DNA of 49,229 bases from Leptolyngbyaceae cyanobacterium (GCA_050331235.1 JBHJHA010000047.1:1-49229), one strand, 5' to 3'. Positions 18,853 through 29,433 are shown, counted from the stretch's first letter. The notes: generated by a model not told the origin, from the sequence alone. Numbers and translations: made by a program.

Positions 18853-19501
18853 ATAACTCAATTATCTACAGTCAGTGAATATAGTTAACGATTGATTGTA
18901 ATTGAGGCAGACTGCCTCGATGGGTCGCCCCCTTGAGCCTAGGACAAGTTTCTCACAGAAGCCGCCGCAAAAATTGCCCTGGATTATAGAGAGCTGCTGC
19001 TCAAGGCGATCTCCATAGAAGCCGTCAGCCGCGATTAGACTGCACCACAAAGCTGTTTTTCCAAAGTTTTCCTAGAATACCATTACATGATGGGAGCCTT
19101 GAGGAACAACACTCCGCTGGCTCCGGCGGTCAGACACAGCACATAGCCTGGCCCCACAGAACAGAATGGTTCAGCCGGATAACAGGGATGGTACATTCCA
19201 TGCCGTGGTCACTCCCGGGGAATGAGATAGCCCTGTATTAACATCAACCGTTCTGTAGCAATTCATTGCCAAGCGGCAACATTTATTAACGGTTTGGGGA
19301 CAGCTGACCTACACTTTGGGCACACCGGAATCCAGGTCGCTGCAAAAACACAAAGTCGCGGGTATGCTGAGGAGCAATTGCAGGATTCCCTGGCTTCGTT
19401 GCCAGGGCTAGGCTTGGATATATTTGTGCCCATTATCGTTGGTGCAAGATTATTGGAAAGTCTGGTTTGGGGTTAGGTTGGTCGGTTTTTAGGGGTTCAC
19501 T

Positions 19502-22500
19502 GTGACTGCGCAACAAGGGCAACTGCAATCATTGATTTTGGAAATCGAGGCGTTATTGAGCAAAGCAGCGCCTCGACTACCGTGGGTGAAATCCGGCGAA
19601 GCCAGTGAGCAACGCCAGATACTCGAGCAGACACTGGCTTACCTCCAAGAGCTACAGGCAACCGCGGCTCAATCCCCCGGGTGGGGACTGGGCACCGGCG
19701 AGGCCGCGATCGCCCCCAGCGCACCGAGACATTTACCTGTTGCAGGCCCCAATAATACCGTCGAAGCCGATAGTCAACAGGTATTGCAGGCGCTATTGCA
19801 AGAAATGCAGTACCTCCGCGCCCAGATGGTGCAGCCCCTGACTAGCGAGGTGATAGCGCTACAGCAACAGCGCGAAGCGTTGAAAAATGAGGTGCGCCAG
19901 CTAGAGCAAGAACGCCTGCAGCGCGCCGCCGCCCCCGTAGGAGACATCGCCCCCGCCTGGGCCAATGACGTAGTCAGGCAGCTCCGGGCCACCTTAATCG
20001 AACAAATCACACCAGAAATCCGGGCTTTACAGGGACAAATTAACACCGCACCGGCACTACAGGGCACGCCCGCCCCCAATCAGCTTGAGCGCGACCATGA
20101 TTTGCCGCAGCTCAGCCCCCAACAGCGACTAGAGCAGCTACACCAGATTCAGTCCCAGACTGATTACCTGCTGCTAAAGCTCGACGCCAACCTGCGAGCT
20201 GTATTTGAGTCCCTCGATCAGAGCATCCAGAGCTATTGCGAAACGCTCAGCCAAGGCTTAGATGCCATGCACGGATTAGGACAGCAGGGAGAGTTCGTCT
20301 TTCGCACCTTCATCAATCAGTTGGTGGAGCAGCTCCAGGCCGAATCTAGCTATTTATCCCGTGAGTCAGCGCCCGCTCGTTTAAGCGGCCAAACAGAGCC
20401 ATCGCCAGACGCCTCAATCGAGCAGCCGCCCGCTGATGAAATGCTGGCCGAGGTACAGGATGAACTCATGGACTCGGTACTCGACTTAGATGATGTTGAG
20501 CTCGACGACTTAGACAGTCTAGATTTGGCACCCGACGAGGAAGTTACACTATTTCAATTAGATGAAGACCTTCTAGACGAAGAGCCTGAAGAGAGACCGC
20601 TGGAAGACACCTTGCTGGATGAAGCCAGTGCTGCTGAAGAGGAAGGCTTTGACTCGGGTGAAAATACCATCATTCAAACGGAGCCGGTACCGTGGCCGAT
20701 GATGACCGGGCAACAGGGGCCCGAGGCTGACGATGAAATTGCCGATGATGACCAGACAGTTGCCTACACTGAAGAGATTGACGCACTCTATGACAGCTTA
20801 TTTGGTACATCAGGAGCAGCGATCGCCCCCGAGACAACGGCTCCAGCCCCGCCTGAGGCTACCGATTTTGCTGAGGCCCTTGATGCGCGACTGTTAGCAA
20901 CAGAGACGTTTGCCGTTGAGGAGACAGAAATCCCTGCGACTAATGACGACACAGAGACCGTTGCTATCCCGGCGGCGGAGTCAGCCGCCCCTCTGGATGT
21001 GCTTAATTTGCTCGGAGAGGCAGACGCCGTGACGGCAGAGGCCGACTTAGAAAATGACGACTCTGACACGGATGACGATTCTGAAGAAGCTGTTATAGTT
21101 GCCAATCTTTTGGGAGTAGAAATGGCGGCGGAGCTCACTCCGCCAATCAGTGCACCAACAGGGGAACAAGACACGATCGCTTCCCTAGCGGAACTGTTGC
21201 CAGAGGCGGAGCAGGCCCAGGCATCCCGACAGACCGATCCCTTTGCCATGTTTGACGAATCGGGGGACGCGTTTATTCCAGCCCCCCCTGATGAAGATCT
21301 TTTGGAGACGGATCCCGATGTTCCTGATACTGGCATTGATCTCACGTTAGATGACGCCATCTTGGGGCAATTGTCATCTGATTTATCGCAATTGGAAGGG
21401 TTACCCATCGAGCAGGTATCGCTCACGGAAGAAACGCAGTCCATCCCGGCCACTGCGGCCGCTGATGATGATTGGGAAACCTTGTTTGACGCCGCCGAAG
21501 CGGTGGCTCCAGCCGGGCCTGGGGCAACCGACTCGTCCTCCCCCTCAGATGCAGCAGCGACATCAATGGAGTTGTCTTTATCGCAGCCCGAGGCGGAGGA
21601 CCAATCAGGGGCAGACCGCGATCGTGAGGTCGCAGATGCAGAAACCACCTTAGAAGCCGCCGACTTATTTGGGAATGCAGATGGGGATGATGACGCCGCT
21701 GAGGCATTCCCACCTGCACCCATGGGAGAAACGAGCCCTAACGGTCCTGAAGCCGACACGTCATTATCGGCATCAGACGATGAACCGGTCCTCCCCGCTC
21801 TCTCCCTTGATGACATGGCGTTCGACATGCCTGTAGCTAACACATCTGCGGAGTCGGCTACTCCGGCAGAGACAGAATCACTATCCTTGGACACCGTGTT
21901 TGAGGCATCTAGCGGTGAAGCCTCAGTTATCGAGTCGGCAGCCTCGACCCCTGACTCAGAGTCTGACTTAACTCTGGAGGACGATTTTTTGGGGACAGAG
22001 GCTGTGGCCTCTAACGCTGAAGCGGACAGCAACCTCACCTTAGAAAATGCTTGGGGTCAAGAAACCTCAGTCCAAGCGGAGAGAAGCGATGCTGAGATGT
22101 CTGCGGAGGCTGGGACGATCGCCCCAGATCTGGACGAACAGTTGCTCAGCCTCGATATGCCTTTGGCCGACCCGGCCCCAGCAGCGACCGATCCCGATGA
22201 CGATCCCGATACTTTCAATGCAGAAGGGCTGTTTGACATCTCGACCGCCAGCCCAGGGGAAGAAGAGGACCTCAACCTAGATGGTATTATCCTCAACCTC
22301 GACCTTCCTGACCTCCCAGAAGAGAGCCCCACAACGCCGTTAAGGGCCTCGCGCGATTGCACGACCGCGCCTCCTGAGCCAGTCGGCACTGGGGTACCGC
22401 TAGATGCTGAATTGTTCGGCGAGTCAGTCCCGACCGACGGCCCTAGCACCATAGAAGATAGGCTATCTGCCAACGACTTGACAGAGACGGCAACTAGCCA

Positions 22501-25500
22501 TGACTCTGACCCAGCGCCAGCGATCGAAGCCTTATCTTTGGATGATCTCAATTTGGAGCTGTCCTTAAATCTGGAGTCAGCACCCTCTCTAGAGTCACCA
22601 GATGTAGGAGCCGACGAAGCCACCACCGCCAATTTATTGGCTGACCTGGATGACTGGGTGCTGCCGAGTATCGATCTATCCCCGGCGGCACCAGCAGGGG
22701 AAACCCAGACTGAAACCCTCAGCGAGCCGCCCCTGACTGAACTCAGTCGCGACACCGATGCACCACGTTCAGCGTTTACGGTAACGGGATCCCCGGAGAC
22801 TGGTGTGCGCTTGCAGTCAGCTGCGGAAAGTGACTTGGCATCTGTCCTAGCGGCAATTCCCGCCAACCCCGAATCAGGCGCTGTCGAGGGCACCGAGCCC
22901 ATCCCCCAACCAATACTTGCAGCACCAACTTTTCCCAATTTAGACATCGACTCTCCGCAGCCAGCGATGTCACTGTTTCAAAATGACTGGTCTGTGACCG
23001 GATCTGAGGCGACAGGATATCGATTAGACGCTGGCATCCGTAATGCCGCCGCCCTAGTTGAGCGAGCGCTAGCCGATGCACCGGCAGTGGGTAATGGCGC
23101 AACTACCGCATCCACAAGCAGCAACACCGCTCAACTGCAGAGGCAGTATGGGCAACGGTTAATTTCGCTGGCGGACATGGTTGCCGCGACCGAGCTCCCG
23201 TTTTCCACTACTATGCCTCGTCTCACCAATCTTCCCGATCCGTCCGCACCGATTCAGTTCCCCCCAGCCGCCGCTAATGAAACAATTGCCACCAGCCGTA
23301 CCCTGCCTGGTATCGGTCTGGAGGTCGAGGGTTCAGCAGCAGCTGGCTATGCGATCGCTGCCACCAATGACAATCCTGCTCTGATGGCGGAGCTGAGTCA
23401 GGTACCCGATGCAGAACCAACGGAGCCCCTGCCGGTTTCTCGTCCCTCAGCAGATCCAGCCTCAGCAGAGGCGAACTTTGCACCACCCGTGCTAGATCTA
23501 CAGGGCTCCTATGATGACGGGTTTAGGATTGCCGAATCTGAATCATCAAGAGAGCCCCTTAGTGTAGATGACCTCTCTGATCGGCTCAATCCGGAAGCTG
23601 ACAACATCGATTTTCAGGTGAATTCGGGCTTTGGGAATCCTGAGAGGGAAGATCAAATGGCAGCGGATTTTGCAGAGGCCTTGGCCGAGGCAGAGCGCTC
23701 TGGCGAAGCACCCTCAACTGCGCCGCTATCTGATGATGAACTGGTCGATTTTTTCCCGCCGCAGTTTGCCACCGCCGATGAAGACGACTCAGCGGAAATT
23801 GCGGATGCCCTGGATGGGTTACTCGATGACACCGCTGATACCAGCGGGCAGTCGGAGTCGGAGCTGACTCAGCTTGCCTCATCTGAGAACTTCATATCAG
23901 ACGATGAGCCGGCGATCGCGACCAGCATAGGGGATGCGCCAGAGTATCTGGAGCCAGAAGATTTGTTGGCTCCTCCATCGTCAGATGAAGCGTTAGTCAA
24001 TGCGCCTGATTCGGCTGATTGGGACCCCATGGCAGCCGATTTCTCCGTTGATGACTCAACGGCCACCACGCTGGAAATTGGGGAAGCCGCAGTAGCTGAC
24101 TTCAGTTCAGAACCGGTGGCACCCAACCTTGACCTCCGGATGGAGGAGATTCCCGATGCTGAAATTGCCACCGATGATGCTTTTCGATCAGCCTTTGAAG
24201 ACGTCGAGGGCGACATGGCTACTGCTGAACAAACCACAGCAAGGGACACCGATGCTGACGAGTTGACCGAGGAGGATACCCCAACGCCCACAGATACCGA
24301 GCCAGTCAGCCAGACTGATGAGTCGCTCTTTGCCTCATCTGGAGTGCTGGCAACCTTAGCGCAAGCCGATGACGACGATGCCCCCCCGGATCTTGATGCA
24401 GCTGGAGGCGACACGGCGGAATGGTTTTTAGGCATTGATTTGGGCAGTAGCGGTTTATCTGCTGTGCTGATGGAGCAGCACGGCGGGTCGGCCCATCCGC
24501 TCTGTTGGGTGACCGCATTTGAACCAGATGCAGCATCCTCAACGTTTCGCTTGCCCACCGCTGCCACCTTTGAAACAGCTGAGCCAGGCCCAGCCCAGCT
24601 TGTGGCCGTGGGGCCGGCGGCGGTCAACCGTCCAGCGGAGTCGGCCACCGAGTGGCTAGTCCAAACGCTGCGGCCTTTGTTGCGGACAGGGGTGCCCCAT
24701 CAAACCGATAGGGGCAACTGGCGGCCAGTCATACAGTGGTCAACGACTCAAACTGTTTCCCTGCAAGAGATCACTGCGGCAGTAACAGGACTGTTGCGAT
24801 GCATCAGCCATCCGGAAGCGATAGGTTTAGAGCTGGAGGCGATCGGGCTAGAATCCCACGATCTTGATGTGGCACTTGCGACCTTGCAGGGTATTGTTGT
24901 TGGCATCCCGACTAACTGGCCTGACACTTATTGTTTTAATCTTCGGGAGGCCGTGCTCTCGACGGGGCTCGTTGAGGAAGCAAGCCAGATTTTCTTTGTC
25001 GAAGAGGCGATCGCGGCGATCCTCTCAGGGCTGCCTGATCCCAACGAACCGCCACCCCCACAAAATCGGCAGGTTCAAACCCTCTATCAGTGCAGTTGGG
25101 AAGGGGGAACAGTGGTGATCAGCGGCGGTGCCGCCTGCACTGAAGTCGGCGTCGTGGATTTGCCGCAGCCGCTAAATGCCTTGACTCGAGAAGATTTTAG
25201 CCTACGCAATTTGCCCTATGGGGGCAATGCGCTAGATCTAGATATCCTCTGTCAGTTATTGTTGCCTGCCGAACGACGGCAGCCCATAGCACCAGGCGAT
25301 CGCCGACGCAGCAACGACGGTTGGGGATGGCAAGCAGCCTTGCCCGAAGTGGCGAATGCCCAATGGGAGAGCTTACAAATCGAGGCGATCGATTTACCAC
25401 AGCTAGCGGAGCCTGATATCGAGGCTCGCTTACGCCTCCGTCAACATCTAGAAGCTTCACGCCTTGGTCAAAGTCTATTGGAGGCGGCTCGCTATCTTAA

Positions 25501-26242
25501 ATTGATCTTGCAGCACCAAAACCAATATCAGCTCGACTTAGCCGATCAGTCGTGGCGGGTTTTGCGGCGCGATTTAGAAAGCCGGGTATTGGTGCCTTAC
25601 ATTCAGCGACTCAATCAGCAGGTCAATGCGCTGCTGAGTCAGACAGGGTTAGCATCTCAAGGTATCAATCAAGTGATATGCACTGGGGGTAATGCATCAT
25701 TTAGCACAATCGCAAAATGGCTGCGCCAAAAGTTTCCCAACGCGACCATCATCCAAGACACCTATCCCAGCAATCGCCCGCAAACCTGCAGCCGCGTCGC
25801 CTATGGACTTGTCAACCTCTGCCGCTACCCGCAGGTGCTAGATATGCCTCGTCATCAGTACAGCGACTACTTCCTGTTGCACGAGATCTTACGTATCATG
25901 CCCGATGCGCCCATGCCCTTCGATGGCATCCTGCATCTGCTGGAAGAACAGGGCATTAACACTGATGTATGTCACCCTCGCATTGCCGCCATTTTAGAGG
26001 GACATTTGCCGCCAGGGCTGCTGCCTGAGGCGGCCATACGAGGCTTGTTTAGCCGAGCGACGCTGACCAACGAACAGTATCAGACTTTGGCAAGCAGTTC
26101 CCTGTTTACTAAGCAAAGCCGCAGTATTTACATCGTCAATCCGACCCAGCGAGATCGCCTGCGTCAGTTGCTCAGCCAAGTTGTCCAAGGCAAACAGCAG
26201 TCGCTGGCTGATCCCCTCATTGCCCAACTAGTCAACGTTTAG
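19502..26242 (+). CDS. 2,246-aa protein: N-terminal coiled coil, long acidic low-complexity region, C-terminal Hsp70/actin-like (ASKHA) ATPase-fold domain
   Basis: Uninterrupted ORF from GTG. From 24422: WFLGIDLGSSG, VVGIP, FVEEAIAA, VISGGAACTE, YGGNALD, VICTGGNA, RVAYGL, in the same order as Hsp70 NBD motifs. Confidence 0.82.
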   Translation: MTAQQGQLQSLILEIEALLSKAAPRLPWVKSGEASEQRQILEQTLAYLQELQATAAQSPGWGLGTGEAAIAPSAPRHLPVAGPNNTVEADSQQVLQALLQEMQYLRAQMVQPLTSEVIALQQQREALKNEVRQLEQERLQRAAAPVGDIAPAWANDVVRQLRATLIEQITPEIRALQGQINTAPALQGTPAPNQLERDHDLPQLSPQQRLEQLHQIQSQTDYLLLKLDANLRAVFESLDQSIQSYCETLSQGLDAMHGLGQQGEFVFRTFINQLVEQLQAESSYLSRESAPARLSGQTEPSPDASIEQPPADEMLAEVQDELMDSVLDLDDVELDDLDSLDLAPDEEVTLFQLDEDLLDEEPEERPLEDTLLDEASAAEEEGFDSGENTIIQTEPVPWPMMTGQQGPEADDEIADDDQTVAYTEEIDALYDSLFGTSGAAIAPETTAPAPPEATDFAEALDARLLATETFAVEETEIPATNDDTETVAIPAAESAAPLDVLNLLGEADAVTAEADLENDDSDTDDDSEEAVIVANLLGVEMAAELTPPISAPTGEQDTIASLAELLPEAEQAQASRQTDPFAMFDESGDAFIPAPPDEDLLETDPDVPDTGIDLTLDDAILGQLSSDLSQLEGLPIEQVSLTEETQSIPATAAADDDWETLFDAAEAVAPAGPGATDSSSPSDAAATSMELSLSQPEAEDQSGADRDREVADAETTLEAADLFGNADGDDDAAEAFPPAPMGETSPNGPEADTSLSASDDEPVLPALSLDDMAFDMPVANTSAESATPAETESLSLDTVFEASSGEASVIESAASTPDSESDLTLEDDFLGTEAVASNAEADSNLTLENAWGQETSVQAERSDAEMSAEAGTIAPDLDEQLLSLDMPLADPAPAATDPDDDPDTFNAEGLFDISTASPGEEEDLNLDGIILNLDLPDLPEESPTTPLRASRDCTTAPPEPVGTGVPLDAELFGESVPTDGPSTIEDRLSANDLTETATSHDSDPAPAIEALSLDDLNLELSLNLESAPSLESPDVGADEATTANLLADLDDWVLPSIDLSPAAPAGETQTETLSEPPLTELSRDTDAPRSAFTVTGSPETGVRLQSAAESDLASVLAAIPANPESGAVEGTEPIPQPILAAPTFPNLDIDSPQPAMSLFQNDWSVTGSEATGYRLDAGIRNAAALVERALADAPAVGNGATTASTSSNTAQLQRQYGQRLISLADMVAATELPFSTTMPRLTNLPDPSAPIQFPPAAANETIATSRTLPGIGLEVEGSAAAGYAIAATNDNPALMAELSQVPDAEPTEPLPVSRPSADPASAEANFAPPVLDLQGSYDDGFRIAESESSREPLSVDDLSDRLNPEADNIDFQVNSGFGNPEREDQMAADFAEALAEAERSGEAPSTAPLSDDELVDFFPPQFATADEDDSAEIADALDGLLDDTADTSGQSESELTQLASSENFISDDEPAIATSIGDAPEYLEPEDLLAPPSSDEALVNAPDSADWDPMAADFSVDDSTATTLEIGEAAVADFSSEPVAPNLDLRMEEIPDAEIATDDAFRSAFEDVEGDMATAEQTTARDTDADELTEEDTPTPTDTEPVSQTDESLFASSGVLATLAQADDDDAPPDLDAAGGDTAEWFLGIDLGSSGLSAVLMEQHGGSAHPLCWVTAFEPDAASSTFRLPTAATFETAEPGPAQLVAVGPAAVNRPAESATEWLVQTLRPLLRTGVPHQTDRGNWRPVIQWSTTQTVSLQEITAAVTGLLRCISHPEAIGLELEAIGLESHDLDVALATLQGIVVGIPTNWPDTYCFNLREAVLSTGLVEEASQIFFVEEAIAAILSGLPDPNEPPPPQNRQVQTLYQCSWEGGTVVISGGAACTEVGVVDLPQPLNALTREDFSLRNLPYGGNALDLDILCQLLLPAERRQPIAPGDRRRSNDGWGWQAALPEVANAQWESLQIEAIDLPQLAEPDIEARLRLRQHLEASRLGQSLLEAARYLKLILQHQNQYQLDLADQSWRVLRRDLESRVLVPYIQRLNQQVNALLSQTGLASQGINQVICTGGNASFSTIAKWLRQKFPNATIIQDTYPSNRPQTCSRVAYGLVNLCRYPQVLDMPRHQYSDYFLLHEILRIMPDAPMPFDGILHLLEEQGINTDVCHPRIAAILEGHLPPGLLPEAAIRGLFSRATLTNEQYQTLASSSLFTKQSRSIYIVNPTQRDRLRQLLSQVVQGKQQSLADPLIAQLVNV

Positions 26243-26286
26243 TCAAGCTCAGGGGCCGCTCAGGATGGGAGCTAGCGTAAAGTCTC

Positions 26287-27210
26287 TCAGGCCTTGGGTC
26301 CCAGACTGAACTTGGTGGCCTTGGCCAGCACAACGGCCAAAACTTTGCCGCGCTGGGTCCACCACCGCGGCTCTAAGATGAGGGCTTTGGTGAAAAAGCG
26401 CCAGGCCAGCCGCCCATTTTTTCGACTAGGGCGACCTTCAATGGACTTAAAGGTGAAATATCGATATTTATCGGCTAAGGCTTGTCGCCCAATTTTGGCT
26501 TCGAGCTCGGGATACTGACGAAAAATATTGATCAAAATTGTCAGCCCTACCTGGGCCAACCGCTCAACATTACTAGATGAGAGAGAAGACGGCGAGATGC
26601 GATAGAGCACTTGCACTTGGGGTACACAAATAAATTCATAGGTCCCGGCAATGCGCAACCACAGGTCCCAATCTTCGGAGGGTGGCAAATCGGGGTTAAA
26701 GGTACCAACCTGGGCAAACACCTCTTTTCTGACCAGAACGTTGGAACCGTTATCGATGAAATTTCTGAGAATCAACGCTTCTAGCACATTGCCGCTAGCC
26801 TGGATGTGGCTACCGGGTCGCAAAAACTGACCGGCTTCATCAATCCAGTCGATCCAGCTGTAGGCCAGACCCGCCTGGGGATGGCCTGCTAACGCCGCCA
26901 GTTGGGCTGTGATTTTATCCGGTGTCCACAAATCATCGGCATCCAAAAACGCGATGAATTGCCCCTGGGCCTTTTCGATCCCGCGGTTTCTCGCGATCGC
27001 CGGCCCCCCATTGGGAAAGGCAAGATATTGGATGCGCGGATCGCTGTCAGCCAGCGCTAACACCGTGGCCGCCGTGTCATCCTGAGAACCATCATCAATG
27101 ACCAATATTTCCAGGTTGCTGTGGTGTTGTCCACAAGCCGAGTTCAGCGTCGCTGCAATCGTTGCAGCACAGTTATAGGCAGGAATAATGACCGAAACCA
27201 AGGCAGTCAT
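26287..27210 (-). CDS. Glycosyltransferase family 2
   Basis: VSVIIPAYN, IDDGSQD, ARNRG, FLDADD, SEDWDLWLR. Confidence 0.93.
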   Translation of the reverse strand: MTALVSVIIPAYNCAATIAATLNSACGQHHSNLEILVIDDGSQDDTAATVLALADSDPRIQYLAFPNGGPAIARNRGIEKAQGQFIAFLDADDLWTPDKITAQLAALAGHPQAGLAYSWIDWIDEAGQFLRPGSHIQASGNVLEALILRNFIDNGSNVLVRKEVFAQVGTFNPDLPPSEDWDLWLRIAGTYEFICVPQVQVLYRISPSSLSSSNVERLAQVGLTILINIFRQYPELEAKIGRQALADKYRYFTFKSIEGRPSRKNGRLAWRFFTKALILEPRWWTQRGKVLAVVLAKATKFSLGPKA

Positions 27211-27242
27211 GCGCTTATTTCTCCAGGCAGCAGCCAGTCAAA

Positions 27243-28232
27243 TCAGCTCCGCTTGAGCTTGAGATATCCATATATCGACGTGATATCTAGCAACGCAGGG
27301 TAGTGCTCTATGACGTGACGGCTGAGGGACTGCGGCAAGAAGATCGTTGTCATAATACGAAGGCATATTTTTACAAAAACCCCGGTTTTTAGCAGTTCTC
27401 GATCGTTGGCGATCGCCACCCACAAAAGCTGTAAAGAGTACCATCCCTTGGCTCGCGAGGGAGTGTTGCTAAGACATTCAAAAACGAGATATTTATACAG
27501 ATTTCCTACACAAAGATGGTGATAGTCTTTCAGCTCTGCATGATTGAGCAAATGCTTATCAAGCACCTGATCGATGCCAGTTCTGGCGCGTTTGATACTG
27601 CTTGACCAAGATTCATCCTTTTTAGATTTGCGATAGAGTACCTGTACTTTCGGAACAACTGTGAACAAATACTGCCTCGATAGGCTCAGGACAATATCTA
27701 AATCTTGACCGGCCACAATCGCTTCATCGAAGCCACCAATCGATGCAACAGCAGCGGTATACGCTAAGAAATTGGAACCGTTTTCGACAAAATTAGCGAG
27801 CAACAAATCAAGAAAAACATCACCCGTTTTGGTAGCATAGCCACCGCGCCGATAAAACTCACCCGTTTCGTCAACGACATCAGTCCAGCTATACACGACG
27901 GATGCCTGGGGATTATTTTTGAGAGCGGCCAGCTGCAATTCCAACTTGTCAGCCGTCCACATATCATCAGCGTCAATGAATGAAATGAACTCACCAGTTG
28001 CCTTCTCCAGACCTCGATTACGGCTTTTTTGAGGTCCGGCATTCTCAAAGGAAAATATCTGCAATCGAGGATCGGTATAGGTTTCAAGGTGCTCTAATGT
28101 GGCATCAGTAGAACCGTCGTTGATCACGATGACTTCGAAGTCAGAAAATGTTTGCGCCAAGACTGCGCCGACGGTATCAGCGATCGTTTTTTCGGCATTG
28201 TAAGTAGGGATAACGATGGAAACAGAGGCCAT
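27243..28232 (-). CDS. Glycosyltransferase family 2
   Basis: ATG 28232 (MASVSIVIPTYN), INDGSTD, SRNRG, FIDADD, GQDLD. Confidence 0.92.
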   Translation of the reverse strand: MASVSIVIPTYNAEKTIADTVGAVLAQTFSDFEVIVINDGSTDATLEHLETYTDPRLQIFSFENAGPQKSRNRGLEKATGEFISFIDADDMWTADKLELQLAALKNNPQASVVYSWTDVVDETGEFYRRGGYATKTGDVFLDLLLANFVENGSNFLAYTAAVASIGGFDEAIVAGQDLDIVLSLSRQYLFTVVPKVQVLYRKSKKDESWSSSIKRARTGIDQVLDKHLLNHAELKDYHHLCVGNLYKYLVFECLSNTPSRAKGWYSLQLLWVAIANDRELLKTGVFVKICLRIMTTIFLPQSLSRHVIEHYPALLDITSIYGYLKLKRS

Positions 28233-28303
28233 GGAGTCAAAATTTGAGAAGGATCGCTCAACCAAGTTTGAGTCAGTCGATACAAACTGTATACATGCTA
28301 TTG

Positions 28304-29266
28304 TCAGCTCCATCGGCGAACAAAAAAGGGACTTAGCAAACTACCGAGGTGGAATTCAAACTCGAAGGCCGTCGCTAGTTCTTGCCGAGAGTGAAGTTTG
28401 TATTTGAGCGTATGCTGACAGAGCCGTCTGAGGCTGCCCAAAAACACCCGGCCCACTTTGAGCGGCTGGTACCAGCCTGGGGTGGAGATCAACATCAACT
28501 GACAGGTCGTGAGCCCACAGCCTCTGGCTAATCGCAACAAATAGGAACGCTCAAAGCGATCGCGAGAAATCTGGTGGGACGTTTGCAGCGCCGGATCATA
28601 GAGAATTTGCCAGCCCGCCTGGTGTAGATGCAGCAACACCTCATAGTCTTCGCCGCCAATCATCCAGGGGCCTTTTAAGCGCCCGACAAAGATCGGCTCC
28701 GACGGGACACTCTCCAACCAAGCGGCTTTACGAACAACGAGAGAGGCCGCTGGGGGCAGCCGGAGCTTGTCTGGCTCAAACGCCATGACTTCGCTACCGT
28801 GATTGCGAATCGCCAAATAGGCTTTGATTTGGTCAAATCCGGCGGGGGGCTCAACTTCATAGTTACCGGCGATAGGACCACTAAAGGCCCCCGCCTGGGG
28901 ATAGCGCTGGCCAAATTTAACCGCTTCCGCTACCCAATCCGCAGCAGGCAAATTATCGTCATCCAAAAAGCCAACTAGAGTGCCCTTCGCCTCTTGGATT
29001 GCACGTTGCCGAGCAAACGCCGCTCCTTGGCGGGATTCCAAACAATATTTCAAGGGCGCTGCTAAGGGCCAATTTACCTGGTATTGGTTGACCACGTCAG
29101 CAGTATTATCTTGACTGTTGTTATCAACAATCAAGATTTCCCATTGCATATGGGTCGTCTCAGTTTGTGCCTGCAAGTGCTCAAGCAAGCGCGGCAGGCG
29201 CTCAGCGCCATTAAAAGTTGGCACCGCAACGGTGATGGCTACGGGTGAATCTATACGTGGGCTCAT
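28304..29266 (-). CDS. hpsE: Hormogonium polysaccharide biosynthesis glycosyltransferase HpsE-like (GT2)
   Basis: TVAVPTFNGAERLPRLL, VDNNSQD, QGAAFARQRA, GFLDDDN, LPPAASLVVRK, GGEDY, GSLLSPF. Confidence 0.75.
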   Translation of the reverse strand: MSPRIDSPVAITVAVPTFNGAERLPRLLEHLQAQTETTHMQWEILIVDNNSQDNTADVVNQYQVNWPLAAPLKYCLESRQGAAFARQRAIQEAKGTLVGFLDDDNLPAADWVAEAVKFGQRYPQAGAFSGPIAGNYEVEPPAGFDQIKAYLAIRNHGSEVMAFEPDKLRLPPAASLVVRKAAWLESVPSEPIFVGRLKGPWMIGGEDYEVLLHLHQAGWQILYDPALQTSHQISRDRFERSYLLRLARGCGLTTCQLMLISTPGWYQPLKVGRVFLGSLRRLCQHTLKYKLHSRQELATAFEFEFHLGSLLSPFFVRRWS

Positions 29267-29433
29267 GGGCTCAGTCTAAAGTTCGCGATGCAGCACCCAG
29301 TCCTAAAGTGCCCAGTTCAATTTCACGGCTTTCGCTCGGGTTTGATAACTGTTGCAGCAACTGCCGCGAATAAGGCAGCTATGAGAAGCCGGCAACCCAG
29401 CTCTGGCCGACTGTTTAAAGTGCGATCGCTATT

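Noticed and set aside
18853..19501. CRP or NtcA boxes, or small ORFs, in the divergent spacer
   Set aside because: No convincing TGTGA-N6-TCACA or GTA-N8-TAC match found by eye; the 60-62 aa ORFs have weak starts and no motifs.
20788..24648. Long antisense ORFs (416, 296 and 259 aa) opposite the giant acidic gene
   Set aside because: Ser/Ala-rich mirror translations expected from the biased codons of the sense gene; no motifs.
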